From an uncultured Poribacteria bacterium (GTDB lineage Bacteria > Poribacteria > WGA-4E > WGA-3G): 64,000 bases of DNA. Below, one piece after another: positions 51,137-62,040 of the stretch. The notes beneath the pieces are model-generated. The model was not told the DNA's origin, searched no databases, and saw only the letters and a program-made list of their open reading frames with translations. The DNA lies in the NCBI GenBank assembly GCA_951813565.1, contig OX638351.1, forward strand, positions 4,224,001 to 4,288,000. Reading direction: 5' to 3'. The position numbers and the translations under genes are program-made. The first letter of the stretch is position 1; the number at the start of each line of letters is the position of its first letter.

Positions 51137-52564
51137 TTGCAGATGAACAATTTTCCAAACGCTACACAGAACACTTCTAAAATTACTTTGCCAGATTCCC
51201 TTAAATGGGGAGGAATCGTAGTTTTAATTGCTATTTTCGCTATAGGAGGCTTCCTACTCACGCGTTCCAGTGAAACGCCAGCCGGATTTTTAGCGAAATG
51301 GAAGAATGCGATTGAATCCGGGAATCTTACAGATTACCGTGCTCTCTGGTCAAAAAATGATAGAGATCGGCTTAATTCAGATTATGAGGACACCGCTCAG
51401 CTTTTTGAAGATGAAATCCAAATTGAAGTCAATATTGCTAATGCTGTAGATAAAACACGTAAGAATCCTCAAAATCCAAATTACTTGAGCATTGAAGAAA
51501 TCCCTATCCTTGTGCATACCGATGGCGAGCCAGTGATTCAATTAAGAACGCTTACTATTGCCAAAACAGGACTCATTCGACAACGCTGGAAACTCATTAG
51601 AGATGAAGTCGTAAATCAAGAATTTGGTTCTGATCTCTCCGCATTTGAGGTGGTAAGTTCGGAAATTTCAGTTGCAAACGGAACGCAATCTAACAGTCCT
51701 GTTGCCCCGTTAGTTATAGAGTGGAAAAAAGCGCTTGAGTCTCAAGATGAAAAGAAGTACATCTCACTTTGGGATAAATCATCTCGACAAAAGCGAAAAA
51801 CTAATTTTCAACTTGCTCGCCTGCAGCTCTCCCAAGAGGCGGATGTTGATTTAAGCCAAGCGACCTATTCCCTTGTTGCACACTCAAAAACTCGACACGT
51901 AGTTGACAATATAAGTGTTACAATCCGTAGCGGTAGCACAATCATAGAAACACAATCCCGTACGCTAACGATTGAGAAGAAAGGTTTCTTTTTTAGACGC
52001 TGGAAGCTTATTAATGATGCGGTCGGAGGCGATGGTATTACAGATCAGCCTATTTCCCAACACGACCAACCGGATGTTGACGCTATGTCAGAAGAAGCCG
52101 CCTCAGGTATCTACAACGGTGATGCGCCAATTGATACACAACTCAAAGTAAGCCAGATTCTCGGTAAATGGCAGAGATCATGGGAAGAGAAAGACCTTGA
52201 TACCTATATGTCTATCTATGCCGAAAGAGCGCTCATCACCCGCGTCACCGTGCGAGATGGAAAGGAGACACCTATCTATTTGAGAAAAAAACAACTCCGA
52301 CAGAAAATGAAGCAGTTAAATCAACGTTACTCCGATATTCAGGTTAAGATATCTAATCTGGAGATTAACGGGGATCGGGCTGTCGCTGACACTACATTTT
52401 TGCAAGAATTCAAGGGGACACCTGCATCGGGCAGTCGTCCAGCATATTCCGATTTTGGTACCAAAAAATTGATCCTAATGATTGATCCTGCTGATGGATA
52501 TTGGAAAATATATGCCGAAACGTGGAGTCGTTACGAGGATGTTCCTAAATATCCCCAAAACTAA
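51137..52564 (+). CDS. Membrane-anchored protein with three NTF2/SnoaL-like repeats
   Basis: N-terminal TM; repeats WKNAIES...RWKLI, WKKALES...RWKLI, WQRSWEE...YWKIY. Confidence 0.6.
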   Translation: MQMNNFPNATQNTSKITLPDSLKWGGIVVLIAIFAIGGFLLTRSSETPAGFLAKWKNAIESGNLTDYRALWSKNDRDRLNSDYEDTAQLFEDEIQIEVNIANAVDKTRKNPQNPNYLSIEEIPILVHTDGEPVIQLRTLTIAKTGLIRQRWKLIRDEVVNQEFGSDLSAFEVVSSEISVANGTQSNSPVAPLVIEWKKALESQDEKKYISLWDKSSRQKRKTNFQLARLQLSQEADVDLSQATYSLVAHSKTRHVVDNISVTIRSGSTIIETQSRTLTIEKKGFFFRRWKLINDAVGGDGITDQPISQHDQPDVDAMSEEAASGIYNGDAPIDTQLKVSQILGKWQRSWEEKDLDTYMSIYAERALITRVTVRDGKETPIYLRKKQLRQKMKQLNQRYSDIQVKISNLEINGDRAVADTTFLQEFKGTPASGSRPAYSDFGTKKLILMIDPADGYWKIYAETWSRYEDVPKYPQN

Positions 52565-52641
52565 AATCTATTTAACAATGAATTAGATGGTAGAAACGGA
52601 TATTTGCTATTCCCGGTAGGAACAATGTCTAATCAACACAA

Positions 52642-53055
52642 ATGCACACTGAATACCGAACCAAACGAAAGATAGAATTTGCCGATACGGATATGGCAGG
52701 TATCGTCCATTTTTCGCGATTTTTTATCTTCATGGAGGCTGCAGAACACGAATTTCTACGCAGTTTAGGAACCACTGTCGCCACTGAATGGAATGGAGAT
52801 AAAATTGGGTGGCCTCGACTTACCGCCTCCTGTGAATATCTTAGCCCACTACGATTTGAAGATGAAGTGGACATCCGACTTTGGGTGTCTAAAAAAGGGA
52901 CAAAGTCACTCACATATCAATTTCACTTTACCCACGAAGGTAAAGATATTGCGCGCGGACAACTCACGACAGTCTGTTGTATTACAAATCCGGGTGAAAA
53001 AATACGCGCCATTCCCATCCCTGAGTTCATCATTTCACAAATTGTCGTACAGTAA
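52642..53055 (+). CDS. Acyl-CoA thioesterase (4HBT family)
   Basis: FADTDMAGIVHFS, EYLSPLRFED. Confidence 0.88.
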   Translation: MHTEYRTKRKIEFADTDMAGIVHFSRFFIFMEAAEHEFLRSLGTTVATEWNGDKIGWPRLTASCEYLSPLRFEDEVDIRLWVSKKGTKSLTYQFHFTHEGKDIARGQLTTVCCITNPGEKIRAIPIPEFIISQIVVQ

Positions 53056-53116
53056 TATTCGTCCGTGTCTTGTGCTGTAGTGCCAAAATCCCATCTAAAA
53101 TCGCCTTCCAAAAAAT

Positions 53117-53830
53117 ATGAAAGAAACTACAGATAAAACACATCAGCTTAAAATTTCAAACCTGTCTAAAGACTTTGGAGACATTCAGGTTTTACGAGAT
53201 ATTTCATTCAGCTTCAGTTCAGGAACGTCAGTGGCTATTACTGGTCCTTCCGGGTCTGGCAAAAGCACACTCTTGCACATCATTGGCACCTTAGAAAATC
53301 CTTCAGACGGACAAGTTGAGATTAACGGCACTGACCCCTTTAAACTTTCTGAACCCGAACTCGCACGCTATCGGAATGCTGTAATTGGGTTTGTGTTCCA
53401 AGATCATCATCTCCTTCCACAATATTCTGTGCTTGAAAATGTACTCATCCCAACACTTGCCTTTGAACAAGAGGCTGATGCGCCACAACTCGCGCAAGAA
53501 ATCATCAGACGTGTAGGGCTGACTGATCGCATTTCACATCGTCCTGCGGAACTTTCTGGTGGTGAACGTCAAAGAGTTGCAATCGCCCGCGCCCTCATCA
53601 ACAAACCGAGTATTCTTCTCTGCGATGAACCAACTGGCAACCTTGATACAACCACTGCTGGGACCATATCGAATCTGCTTTTTGAACTGCACCGTGTAGA
53701 ACGAAACATCTTAATCGTTGTAACGCACAACCTTGAATTTGCTGGCAGGTTTGAAAACCGTCTTAAACTTACTGATGGTGTGTGCACTTTAGAAACGGTG
53801 AGTGGTGAACAATCTGAAAAAAATGATTGA
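53117..53830 (+). CDS. ABC ATP-binding protein (LolD/MacB type)
   Basis: GPSGSGKST, GFVFQ, LSGGERQR, CDEPTGNLD. Confidence 0.92.
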   Translation: MKETTDKTHQLKISNLSKDFGDIQVLRDISFSFSSGTSVAITGPSGSGKSTLLHIIGTLENPSDGQVEINGTDPFKLSEPELARYRNAVIGFVFQDHHLLPQYSVLENVLIPTLAFEQEADAPQLAQEIIRRVGLTDRISHRPAELSGGERQRVAIARALINKPSILLCDEPTGNLDTTTAGTISNLLFELHRVERNILIVVTHNLEFAGRFENRLKLTDGVCTLETVSGEQSEKND

Positions 53831-53835
53831 TATGA

Positions 53836-56800
53836 GTGGTGTTCACAATTATGCGTACATTTTGGAGAACTGCAAAACATTATTGGCAAATTCATCTTAT
53901 TGTTGCACTTTGCACTGCTGTAGCAACAGGTGTGCTTGCTGGTGCGTTGATTGTAGGAGATTCCATGCGGGGTAGCCTGCGCGATATTACGTTGGAACGC
54001 CTCGGCACAATTCAGCACACGCTCATCGCCGACCATTTTTTTCAACCAGAGATATTAAATCGACAGAATATGGTGCCAGCAATTCTGCTGAACGGAACCG
54101 TTGTTGCATCAGAAACCGATGCTCGTGCTTCAAAGGTTAATATCTACGGTATCAAAAATAACTTCTTCAGTTTGTGGAAACAGGACGCTGTTCCCAATTT
54201 AAGTGACGCATCCGATAAACCATTTGCAGATATTGTTATTAACGAGGCACTTCAAAAGGAATTGAATGTACAGGTCGGGGATGCAATAATAGTTAATATT
54301 CCACAAACATCTGAAATCCATCCAGAATTCCTACTCGGTAAGCGAGACGCCGCCGATGTCATCCAAAAACTACGTGTAGTTGTCAGTGATGTTATTCCTA
54401 CTGAGAATGTGGGGAGATTTAGTCTCCATGCACATCAAAGCCTTCCGCTGAATGCATACATCTCACTCCCTATTTTGCAAAAAGCACTTGCGCAATCCGG
54501 TAAAGTAAACGCACTGTTTTCTGCTGATGCTGATCCAATTACATCAGACACTTTAACTTTGACATTAGGGGAACTTGGCTTATACATTACTGAACACGAA
54601 AATCACATTGACCTACAAAGTTGGCACTACCTTCTTGAGCCAGTGTTATCGGAAGTAGCATTATTGGTCGCATCAGAAAATAGCATTCCAGCACTTCCTA
54701 CCTTAACCTATCTTGCAAACACAATGTCTGTTATTAACGAATCCGAAAATGAAACTGCAGATGAATCCGCAAATGTGCCGTATTCCTCAATTCTTGCGCT
54801 TCCTATTGACAATATAGGGTTTACAGCACTTCTGCGTGAATTCATGACTGAAGATGAACAGGCTGCTTATGCTCAGGCACAACAGCAAGAACGCAAAAGA
54901 CGCGCATCAAAGAAAAGAGAAGAAATCAAAAATGTTGAAATAGAAAGCAGCAGAATAGAAAAAGAGATCACTGAACTTAAAAATACAAAACGGGCACTCA
55001 GAAGTACCCCAGAATATAAACAAAAATTGGCTGAAGTAGAAAGTGCACTATCAGAAGTGAAAAAGAGAATTGACACACTCAATCTCCCAATTGAACCTTC
55101 TGAAATTTACCTCAATACGTGGGCAGCGGACAACCTCGGAGCGAAAGTCGGGAATAAAATTAACATTACCTATTTTCGCGTCAATCCTCAAGAAAACTAC
55201 ATTTCAGAAACAGCTCAGTTTCTATTAAAAGGTATCGTGCCTATTGAAGGTATTGCTGCAGACACAAACTTAATTCCTGATTTTCCCGGTATTCACGACA
55301 AAGCCGATATATCCGAATGGGAACCGCCTTTTCCTTTTGACAGCAGCCTTATTCGTGACAATGACAAAGAATATTGGGATGAGTACAAAGCAACTCCGAA
55401 AGCGTTTGTTCCTATAGATATCGGCAAACGTCTTTGGCAAAATCGATTTGGTGACCTTACCACTATTCGGATGGGAACTGCACCAGGACAGGATATAGGC
55501 GCAACGAGGACACTTTTTGAAAACGAATTCCTCAAAATGATTAAGCCGGAACAGATTGGATTCCAATTCATACCTCTCCAAGAAGAGGGACTTAAAGCAT
55601 CTTCTGGTTCCACAGATTTTGGAATGCTATTTAGCAGTCTAAGTTTTTTTATTATATTAGCTGCTGCAACGCTTGTTAGCACAATCTTCGCCATTGGTGT
55701 TTCGCAACGGTCGCGTGAAATCGGTATACTACAGGCTGTTGGCTACCCACTGGCCAAAATCCGACGTCGTTTTCTTTTTGAGGGAATCTTTATTGCAAGT
55801 ATCGGAAGCCTATTGGGATGTCTACTTGCTATTGGATATGCACGGTTGATGATATTTGGCTTGCAAACGTGGTGGTTACCGGCTATCGGCACCCCTTTTA
55901 TCGATCTCCATATAAGCAGATGGAGTTTACTTATCGGCATCCTTGTGACACTTGCAGTTGTTACATTTTTCATCCGCCATGTTATCAAAAGACTTGGCAA
56001 GGCACCAACTGCAGCACTCCTTTCAGGGGAGACCGATTTTGATGAGACATCCCGCAAATATAAACCGCAAACTGTCAAAGTGTCAAGAATTGAGACAACA
56101 AGAATTTCAATATTTATCATTGGTCTCTTTTTTGGCACCATGGATAGGGGAAAACTCTTTACGGGAGATTGGAGTGGAATTATTATTGTTATCTTACTGG
56201 CAGCTTGCGGACTATTTGGTATCCGTTTAGCACGTCGAAGAGACGATGGAACAAACCCTAACCTTACCCTCAAAAACATAAAAATAAGTACTATTTTCTT
56301 CTGTATTGGACTCGTTGTTGGTGTATTAGTAGGTTATTTTCCCTTTGGTAGAAGCATTTCTGACGCAGTTATTACATTTTTTGAGCATCCAGTAGTAAAA
56401 TTTTTAATACTTACAATTACAATCCTTTCCTTGGGTTGGTTAATTTTTGACAGATGGTTAGGTTCACAGAGGGTCCCGAAACGTCTAAGCCGTCTGAGGT
56501 TTGGACTTAAAAATGCAGCATGGCAACCGCAAAATAGCCAAGGTTCTATTATAATCATGAGTTTAGCGTGCTGTATTATTGTTGCTGTCGGGGCAAACCG
56601 TCATGATGCTGCACCAGAGACTGAATATGCTTTTGTTGCCGAATCTTCTCTACCTTTACATCACAGTCTAAATACACCTGATGGAAGATATGAACTCGGA
56701 TTTAATGAAAAAGCTTCTGAATTACTGTCTACATCAGAAGTTTTTCCGTTTCGCGTCTTACCGGGGGAAGATGTTAGTTGTCTTAATCTCTACCAACCCA

Positions 56801-57597
56801 AAAAGCCGCAGATTTTAGGGGCATCAGATGCTATGCTAAACGAGAAGCCATGGCAAAGTCTAAAATTGGATAACGATCAAGCAAGGAAAATACACGCTAT
56901 CGGTGATGAGAAGTCGTTGCGTTGGATTCTTCATCATGATCCAAAGGAAGATTTTCTTATCCAAGATGAGTTTGGAAAATCGTTATTGTTGGAGCTTGAA
57001 ACGGTGGAAAACAGTCTTTTTCAGAGTCAATTGATTATCTCCGAAACCGATTTCACTAAATACTTTCCGAGTCAAAGCGGGTATCAATTTTTTCTTATCA
57101 AAACACCGCCTGAACTGCGAAAAGAAACATTGCAGACACTTGAGAAAAGTTTGGAGGACTATGGCTTTGACGTGACGTCAGCATCAGAACGGTTAGTAAG
57201 CTATCGTGCTGTTGAAAACACCTATATCTCCACTTTCCAAAGTCTTGGAGGGTTAGGCGTACTACTTGGCACTTTCGGTTTAGCACTGGTACTATTTAGA
57301 AACATCATTGAACGTCGGGGGGAATTAGCAACTTTGCGCGCCTTCGGTTTCCAACGGCAGCTGCTTTCCAGAATGTTGCTCCTTGAAAGCTGCTTCCTTC
57401 TAACTATTGGTATGCTTATCGGGATTGCAGCTGGACTTATAGCCGTTCTCGGTTCACAAGGACATTTGCCATCATTCCCATGGATTTCTCTTGCGATTAC
57501 CTTGTTATTTATCTTTGGGTTTGGTATAATTGCAAATAGTATTGCTGTTGCTGTGGCACTCCGAAGCCCGTTGTTGTTAACCTTGAAAACAGAATAG
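53836..57597 (+). CDS. Large FtsX/MacB-type ABC permease
   Basis: Two FtsX domains (QRSREIGILQAVG; ERRGELATLRAFG) and large periplasmic domains. Confidence 0.88.
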   Translation: MVFTIMRTFWRTAKHYWQIHLIVALCTAVATGVLAGALIVGDSMRGSLRDITLERLGTIQHTLIADHFFQPEILNRQNMVPAILLNGTVVASETDARASKVNIYGIKNNFFSLWKQDAVPNLSDASDKPFADIVINEALQKELNVQVGDAIIVNIPQTSEIHPEFLLGKRDAADVIQKLRVVVSDVIPTENVGRFSLHAHQSLPLNAYISLPILQKALAQSGKVNALFSADADPITSDTLTLTLGELGLYITEHENHIDLQSWHYLLEPVLSEVALLVASENSIPALPTLTYLANTMSVINESENETADESANVPYSSILALPIDNIGFTALLREFMTEDEQAAYAQAQQQERKRRASKKREEIKNVEIESSRIEKEITELKNTKRALRSTPEYKQKLAEVESALSEVKKRIDTLNLPIEPSEIYLNTWAADNLGAKVGNKINITYFRVNPQENYISETAQFLLKGIVPIEGIAADTNLIPDFPGIHDKADISEWEPPFPFDSSLIRDNDKEYWDEYKATPKAFVPIDIGKRLWQNRFGDLTTIRMGTAPGQDIGATRTLFENEFLKMIKPEQIGFQFIPLQEEGLKASSGSTDFGMLFSSLSFFIILAAATLVSTIFAIGVSQRSREIGILQAVGYPLAKIRRRFLFEGIFIASIGSLLGCLLAIGYARLMIFGLQTWWLPAIGTPFIDLHISRWSLLIGILVTLAVVTFFIRHVIKRLGKAPTAALLSGETDFDETSRKYKPQTVKVSRIETTRISIFIIGLFFGTMDRGKLFTGDWSGIIIVILLAACGLFGIRLARRRDDGTNPNLTLKNIKISTIFFCIGLVVGVLVGYFPFGRSISDAVITFFEHPVVKFLILTITILSLGWLIFDRWLGSQRVPKRLSRLRFGLKNAAWQPQNSQGSIIIMSLACCIIVAVGANRHDAAPETEYAFVAESSLPLHHSLNTPDGRYELGFNEKASELLSTSEVFPFRVLPGEDVSCLNLYQPKKPQILGASDAMLNEKPWQSLKLDNDQARKIHAIGDEKSLRWILHHDPKEDFLIQDEFGKSLLLELETVENSLFQSQLIISETDFTKYFPSQSGYQFFLIKTPPELRKETLQTLEKSLEDYGFDVTSASERLVSYRAVENTYISTFQSLGGLGVLLGTFGLALVLFRNIIERRGELATLRAFGFQRQLLSRMLLLESCFLLTIGMLIGIAAGLIAVLGSQGHLPSFPWISLAITLLFIFGFGIIANSIAVAVALRSPLLLTLKTE

Positions 57598-57617
57598 CCT
57601 GTGAAGAACACACAACC

Positions 57618-57931
57618 CATAGGTGTCAACTTAAGGATATATCCTCTTGTGGGAGTGAATCAACGCAGCATGCCGGACGGGGAATGCCAACAGGCATTCA
57701 TACCCGCTGAATACCAAAAGCGTATTCAGCGTTGATTTGGCCAAATGCCTAAATGGCATTTGTAGCGTTGATTTCTTGATTTGGCGCATGCTGCGTTGAT
57801 TTGGATGAATACCACAGGTGTATTCATCGTTGATTTGGATTTAATAGGTTGAGCTTCACAATATCGGGCGGACCAGGTCTCCCTCCCACAAGAGACAATC
57901 TGGTAATTATGTGCTTAAGTTGACACCTATG
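57618..57931. mobile_element. CATAGG-family element expanded by nested hairpin modules
   Basis: Perfect 18-bp TIRs CATAGGTGTCAACTTAAG / CTTAAGTTGACACCTATG; internal CGTTGATTTGG modules at about 57658-57804. Confidence 0.8.
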
Positions 57932-57956
57932 GTCAGTAAAGAACACAATCCGAAAC

Positions 57957-58565
57957 GTGGTACAAGAAGTGAGTATGATGCGTTCTGTTTGGACAATTCC
58001 CGCAATTTTTATATTCCTTTTCCCGCTTCTAACACAGGTGGGTTGTTCAAGTGACACGGAAAAGGCTACTGCTTCGGCCATGAATCACACAGAACAGGGG
58101 TGGCATGCTTACAGATCAGGTGACTATACACAGGCGCTGCTCAGTTTTGAACGGGCTCTCAATATTGATCCGGAATTCGCAGATGCACATAATGGTGTTG
58201 GATGGAGTCATCTGAGTCTTTCGCTCACGCTACCATTAGTACAAGAAGCCTTTCAAAATGCTGTGCGCTACGATGCGTCTAACGCTGACGCATGGGTTGG
58301 CTTGGCAAATGTGCTCTACTTAAGGTACAAAGATAGTTCTGATTTCAACGCCGCTATCCGAGCAATTGATAATGCACTACAAGCAGACGCACAATACCTC
58401 TACCGACATGATTATCAGTCCAACGCTGAACTGTTTGCGCTGAAAGCTGCATGTTATTTCTATCTCGGTCAGAATCAATTAGCAAAACAAGAGGTTGACA
58501 AAGCACTAAAAATTGATGCTGAAAACAGAGCAGTCATTGTGCTACAAAATATGTTGAAGGAATAA
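57957..58565 (+). CDS. TPR-repeat lipoprotein
   Basis: QVGC lipobox-like, ALLSFERALNIDPEFADAHNGVG TPR. Start may be a few codons downstream. Confidence 0.8.
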   Translation: MVQEVSMMRSVWTIPAIFIFLFPLLTQVGCSSDTEKATASAMNHTEQGWHAYRSGDYTQALLSFERALNIDPEFADAHNGVGWSHLSLSLTLPLVQEAFQNAVRYDASNADAWVGLANVLYLRYKDSSDFNAAIRAIDNALQADAQYLYRHDYQSNAELFALKAACYFYLGQNQLAKQEVDKALKIDAENRAVIVLQNMLKE

Positions 58566-58593
58566 TCTATAATTTAAAATTTGGGAGATAAAT

Positions 58594-59499
58594 ATGTCAC
58601 AAAATGTTATTACATCTACAAATTTAACGAACTTTACGCCAGCGCACCGTGGCAAAGTCCGTGATCTTTATGACCTCGGAGATGAATTTCTGATTGTGTC
58701 TACCGATAGAATATCAGCCTTTGATGTTGTCTTACCCAACGGTATTCCAGATAAAGGAAGGGTTTTAACCGGATTGTCCAAGTTCTGGTTCAATTACACC
58801 AACTCTGTTGTAGAAAACCACGTTATAGCAACGGACGTTGAAGAATATCCTGAAGCGTTACATGTTGATGCCGAACTCTTAAATGGACGTTCAATGCTTG
58901 TCCGCAAAGCAAAACGTGTTGATGTTGAATGTGTTGTACGTGGTTATCTCGCAGGTTCAGGATGGGCGTCGTATCAGAAAACGGGCGAGATATGTGGGCA
59001 AAAACTGCCAGCGGGATTACGCGAATCGGAACAGTTACCGGAACTTCTTTTTACACCAACAACAAAGGCGGAGCAAGGTGAGCATGATGAACCTATCTCT
59101 ATTGACCAAATGCGTGATGAAGTCGGCACCGATCTAACGGATCAACTGATAGAAATCAGTTTCGCACTGTTCAGAGCAGCAAGTCAACATGCTGAAAAAT
59201 CAGGTATCATTCTCTGTGACACAAAATTTGAATTTGGTCAATGTGACGGTGAGTTGATACTAATAGATGAAGTATTCACACCGGATTCATCGCGTTTTTG
59301 GCCAGCAAATCTGTATGAACCTGGGAAGCCACAGCAGAGTTTTGATAAGCAGTTCGTTCGGGACTATCTCTCTGAGATCGGTTGGAACAAACAACCACCT
59401 GCACCTGAATTACCAGACGCCGTAATCAGTAAAACCAGTGAAAAATACCGAGAAGCGTATAAGTTGATAGTTGGTGAGGAACTGCAAGAACTTTCTTGA
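58594..59499 (+). CDS. purC: Phosphoribosylaminoimidazole-succinocarboxamide synthase
   Basis: GKVRDLY, DRISAFD, ECVVRGYLAGSG, DTKFEFG, DEVFTPDSSRFW, FDKQFVRD. Confidence 0.97.
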   Translation: MSQNVITSTNLTNFTPAHRGKVRDLYDLGDEFLIVSTDRISAFDVVLPNGIPDKGRVLTGLSKFWFNYTNSVVENHVIATDVEEYPEALHVDAELLNGRSMLVRKAKRVDVECVVRGYLAGSGWASYQKTGEICGQKLPAGLRESEQLPELLFTPTTKAEQGEHDEPISIDQMRDEVGTDLTDQLIEISFALFRAASQHAEKSGIILCDTKFEFGQCDGELILIDEVFTPDSSRFWPANLYEPGKPQQSFDKQFVRDYLSEIGWNKQPPAPELPDAVISKTSEKYREAYKLIVGEELQELS

Positions 59500-59526
59500 A
59501 ATAACACCAATCAAAAGCGGTGCCCT

Positions 59527-60006
59527 TTATTCCACATAAAAAAGATGGCTACGCTCAAAGAGTCCATCAAGAAAAATTTCAACAAACCACTCACCTGTTG
59601 CGAATTGGTCACCGCTTAACCCACCTTTTGGGGCATCAATGTAAAACCATGTGATTTTTTCGCCAGTTGTTGAAGAAATAGTCCTTTCTTCGTTCCAAAA
59701 TGGCGGATCGTCCAAGTCGTCTTCAGGTGAAAACCACGAAACTTCTACTGTATGTGATTCGTCTATATTTTCCCATAAAAGCCATAAATACACTTGGTCG
59801 TTTACTTCAGCACTAAACGTATCCGTGATACCGTCTGGGCGGTCTTCGTGAACTGAAAGTGCCAAAACTGATTCTAAAATATTAGGTTCTCCGCGTCCGA
59901 GGTCAATTGCACCACTTCCCCCTGAAGTAGTTTCATCGCAACCATTCAAAACAACTAAAAAGGGTAGCAACATTACCGCAAAAAATAATGTGTATATTCG
60001 CTTCAT
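59527..60006 (-). CDS. Hypothetical lipoprotein
   Basis: AAGGAG RBS, lipobox LNGC, beta-rich domain ending GEWFVEIFLDG. Confidence 0.7.
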   Translation of the reverse strand: MKRIYTLFFAVMLLPFLVVLNGCDETTSGGSGAIDLGRGEPNILESVLALSVHEDRPDGITDTFSAEVNDQVYLWLLWENIDESHTVEVSWFSPEDDLDDPPFWNEERTISSTTGEKITWFYIDAPKGGLSGDQFATGEWFVEIFLDGLFERSHLFYVE

Positions 60007-60172
60007 CAGATATTCTCCTTAATCATATTGGACTTAGTTTTTCTTGATAAATCATTTATTTAAACGTTTGTTTGTTAATGTTTGTTTACACTTTCCACTA
60101 AACTCCCAAATAATTCACACGAGATAGTATACCAGAAATATTCAGTGCTTTCAAGGAACTCCCTTCAAGAGG

Positions 60173-61889
60173 CAGAACCATTCAATTTTCCAATAATTTC
60201 TGCCTATACCAAAACTCTAAAAATCCGCACCAACCGCCATGCTGACAACAAAGTACAGGCACATCCGAGATCCAAAAACGCGTCCACCCCAACTTTTTCT
60301 GCAAACTTATTGTCCATATATTGGATATCTATTGTCCGACAAACTACAAAAACTTCTTATCACTATACAGAATTAGGTATAATACCAAATTAACGTGAGT
60401 CATATTGTGTTTTCCATTTTGCAAATCCACTGAAAACCGACATGTTCTTGCACCTTCTTTCTGTTTTTGGAGAACCACTGACACCTTTTCACAAGCACTT
60501 CTTCAAGGTCTGATAGCGTTCTAAAAACTTTATTGGCAACCACCTCTCGCAACAGAGGCCATAGCCGTTCGGCAGGTTGAAGTTCCGGTGTATACGGCGG
60601 TAAAAAGAATAACTCAATACCTTGTGGGACATCTAAATCCTTACCCGTGTGAAAACCGGCACGATCTAATAAGAGGATTATCTGTTTCTTGCCTTCCGGG
60701 TTTACATCCCGAGCAAACTCTGCCAACGCAAGGTTCATCACTTCAACACTCACACTCGGCATCAGAAGCCAATAGGTTTCACCCGTCTGTGGGACGGACA
60801 AAACCGAAACCATAAAGCCATTTATATGACGGACACACCAGGGCTGTCGGTCTTTCACCTTGCTTCGCCCAGACACGCCGATGAACCGGCAATAATCCCA
60901 CGCGTGCCTCGTCTTCTGCCCAGACTTCTACCGATTTCTCCGGGTGCTGACCTTCAAGCTCAGCTACCCGCTCCCTAAGTTTTTTTTAATGCTTGCTGCT
61001 CATCTGGTGTTGCAGCTGACTGATGTTGAGGACGAGGTGTTTGTAAAGTATAACCGAGACGCTTGAGATATTTCCAACCTGACACATTACTGACAGGACG
61101 CTTGAGTGTCTCGGATATCCACGCAGCCACCTTCGGACCTGTCCACAGACCGCCATCAGCAGGAGGCGAAGAAAGTGCAGCTTCAAGGGCTGCTTGCTGT
61201 GTTTCATCCAAAATACGCTGGCGTCCATTGTTTTTGCGTTTGTCTCGCATAGCTGCTTCGCCTTCAGCGTTGTAGCGTTTGAGCAACTTCCGAACCCAGT
61301 CCGGCGTGCATCCTACAATCTCAGCAACTTCGCGAGGTGTTCGCGGATGTGTGGTATCAGCAAGAAGCCAAATAATATGCCAGTGCGTCCGTTCAATAGG
61401 ACATTCACATTCAAGATACCTTTGTTTCAGAACTTCTACTGAAAAGTGAGGGGAAACCCCATGTTTTTTATTTTTCATCTGATCACAATAACACATCCAA
61501 AAAATAAATGCAAGAACAATCATATTAATATGGTATAATATAAGTATGAAAAAACATAACCGATCCCAAACACATAAACAACCAGATACCCTAAAAATCG
61601 TAAACAACTATTAAATGCAAAGACGCCAACGCAAAACTTATCAAAATAAATATGGACAACAAGAGGAAAAACGTGTGCCTCAATACAGATGAGAAATATC
61701 AAAAATAAAATTTTTCCAAAATAAGAAAAATTCCTATAAACTTATACAGAGACTGGTTTTATAGCCAATTTAAAAAAGTTACCACGGTATGGAAAAAGTT
61801 ACCGTATGGTAACTTTTTAAGTAAGAGCAATCTCCGAATCTCGACTTGACGACTGAAACGAATAAAAAACTGAAAATTGAATGGTTCTG
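60173..61889. mobile_element. Non-autonomous element with 18-bp perfect TIRs, hosting the IS630
   Basis: CAGAACCATTCAATTTTC at 60173-60190 and its reverse complement at 61872-61889. Confidence 0.55.
60380..61538 (-). mobile_element. IS630-family element (HTH ORF + DDE ORF, probably inactivated)
   Basis: TA-flanked TIRs TAATACCAAATTAA / TTAATATGGTATAA. orfA starts at ATG 61478 and ends at an A8 run near 60980-60987. Downstream WAEDEAR, LDRAGFH, LPPYTPELQPAE. An extra frameshift lies near 60790. Confidence 0.88.
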
Positions 61890-61906
61890 GTGTTCCAAAT
61901 AAATGA

Positions 61907-61935
61907 TTGACAAAGGCGACTATAGCCTGTAAAAT
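61907..61935 (+). promoter_or_regulatory. Putative sigma70 promoter
   Basis: TTGACA-17 nt-TAAAAT upstream of 62041. Confidence 0.5.
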
Positions 61936-62040
61936 TATATTCAAAAGGCATAATTGAAACACATGTTGTCAGACTTCCATTTGTCTGATTGCAGGTATGT
62001 AATGGTAATGACCATGTTTTTCAATCATTAAGGAGTATAT

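Noticed and set aside
61479..61607. N-terminal extension of the IS630 orfA
   Set aside because: It crosses the IS terminal repeat at 61538; ATG 61478 is the plausible start.
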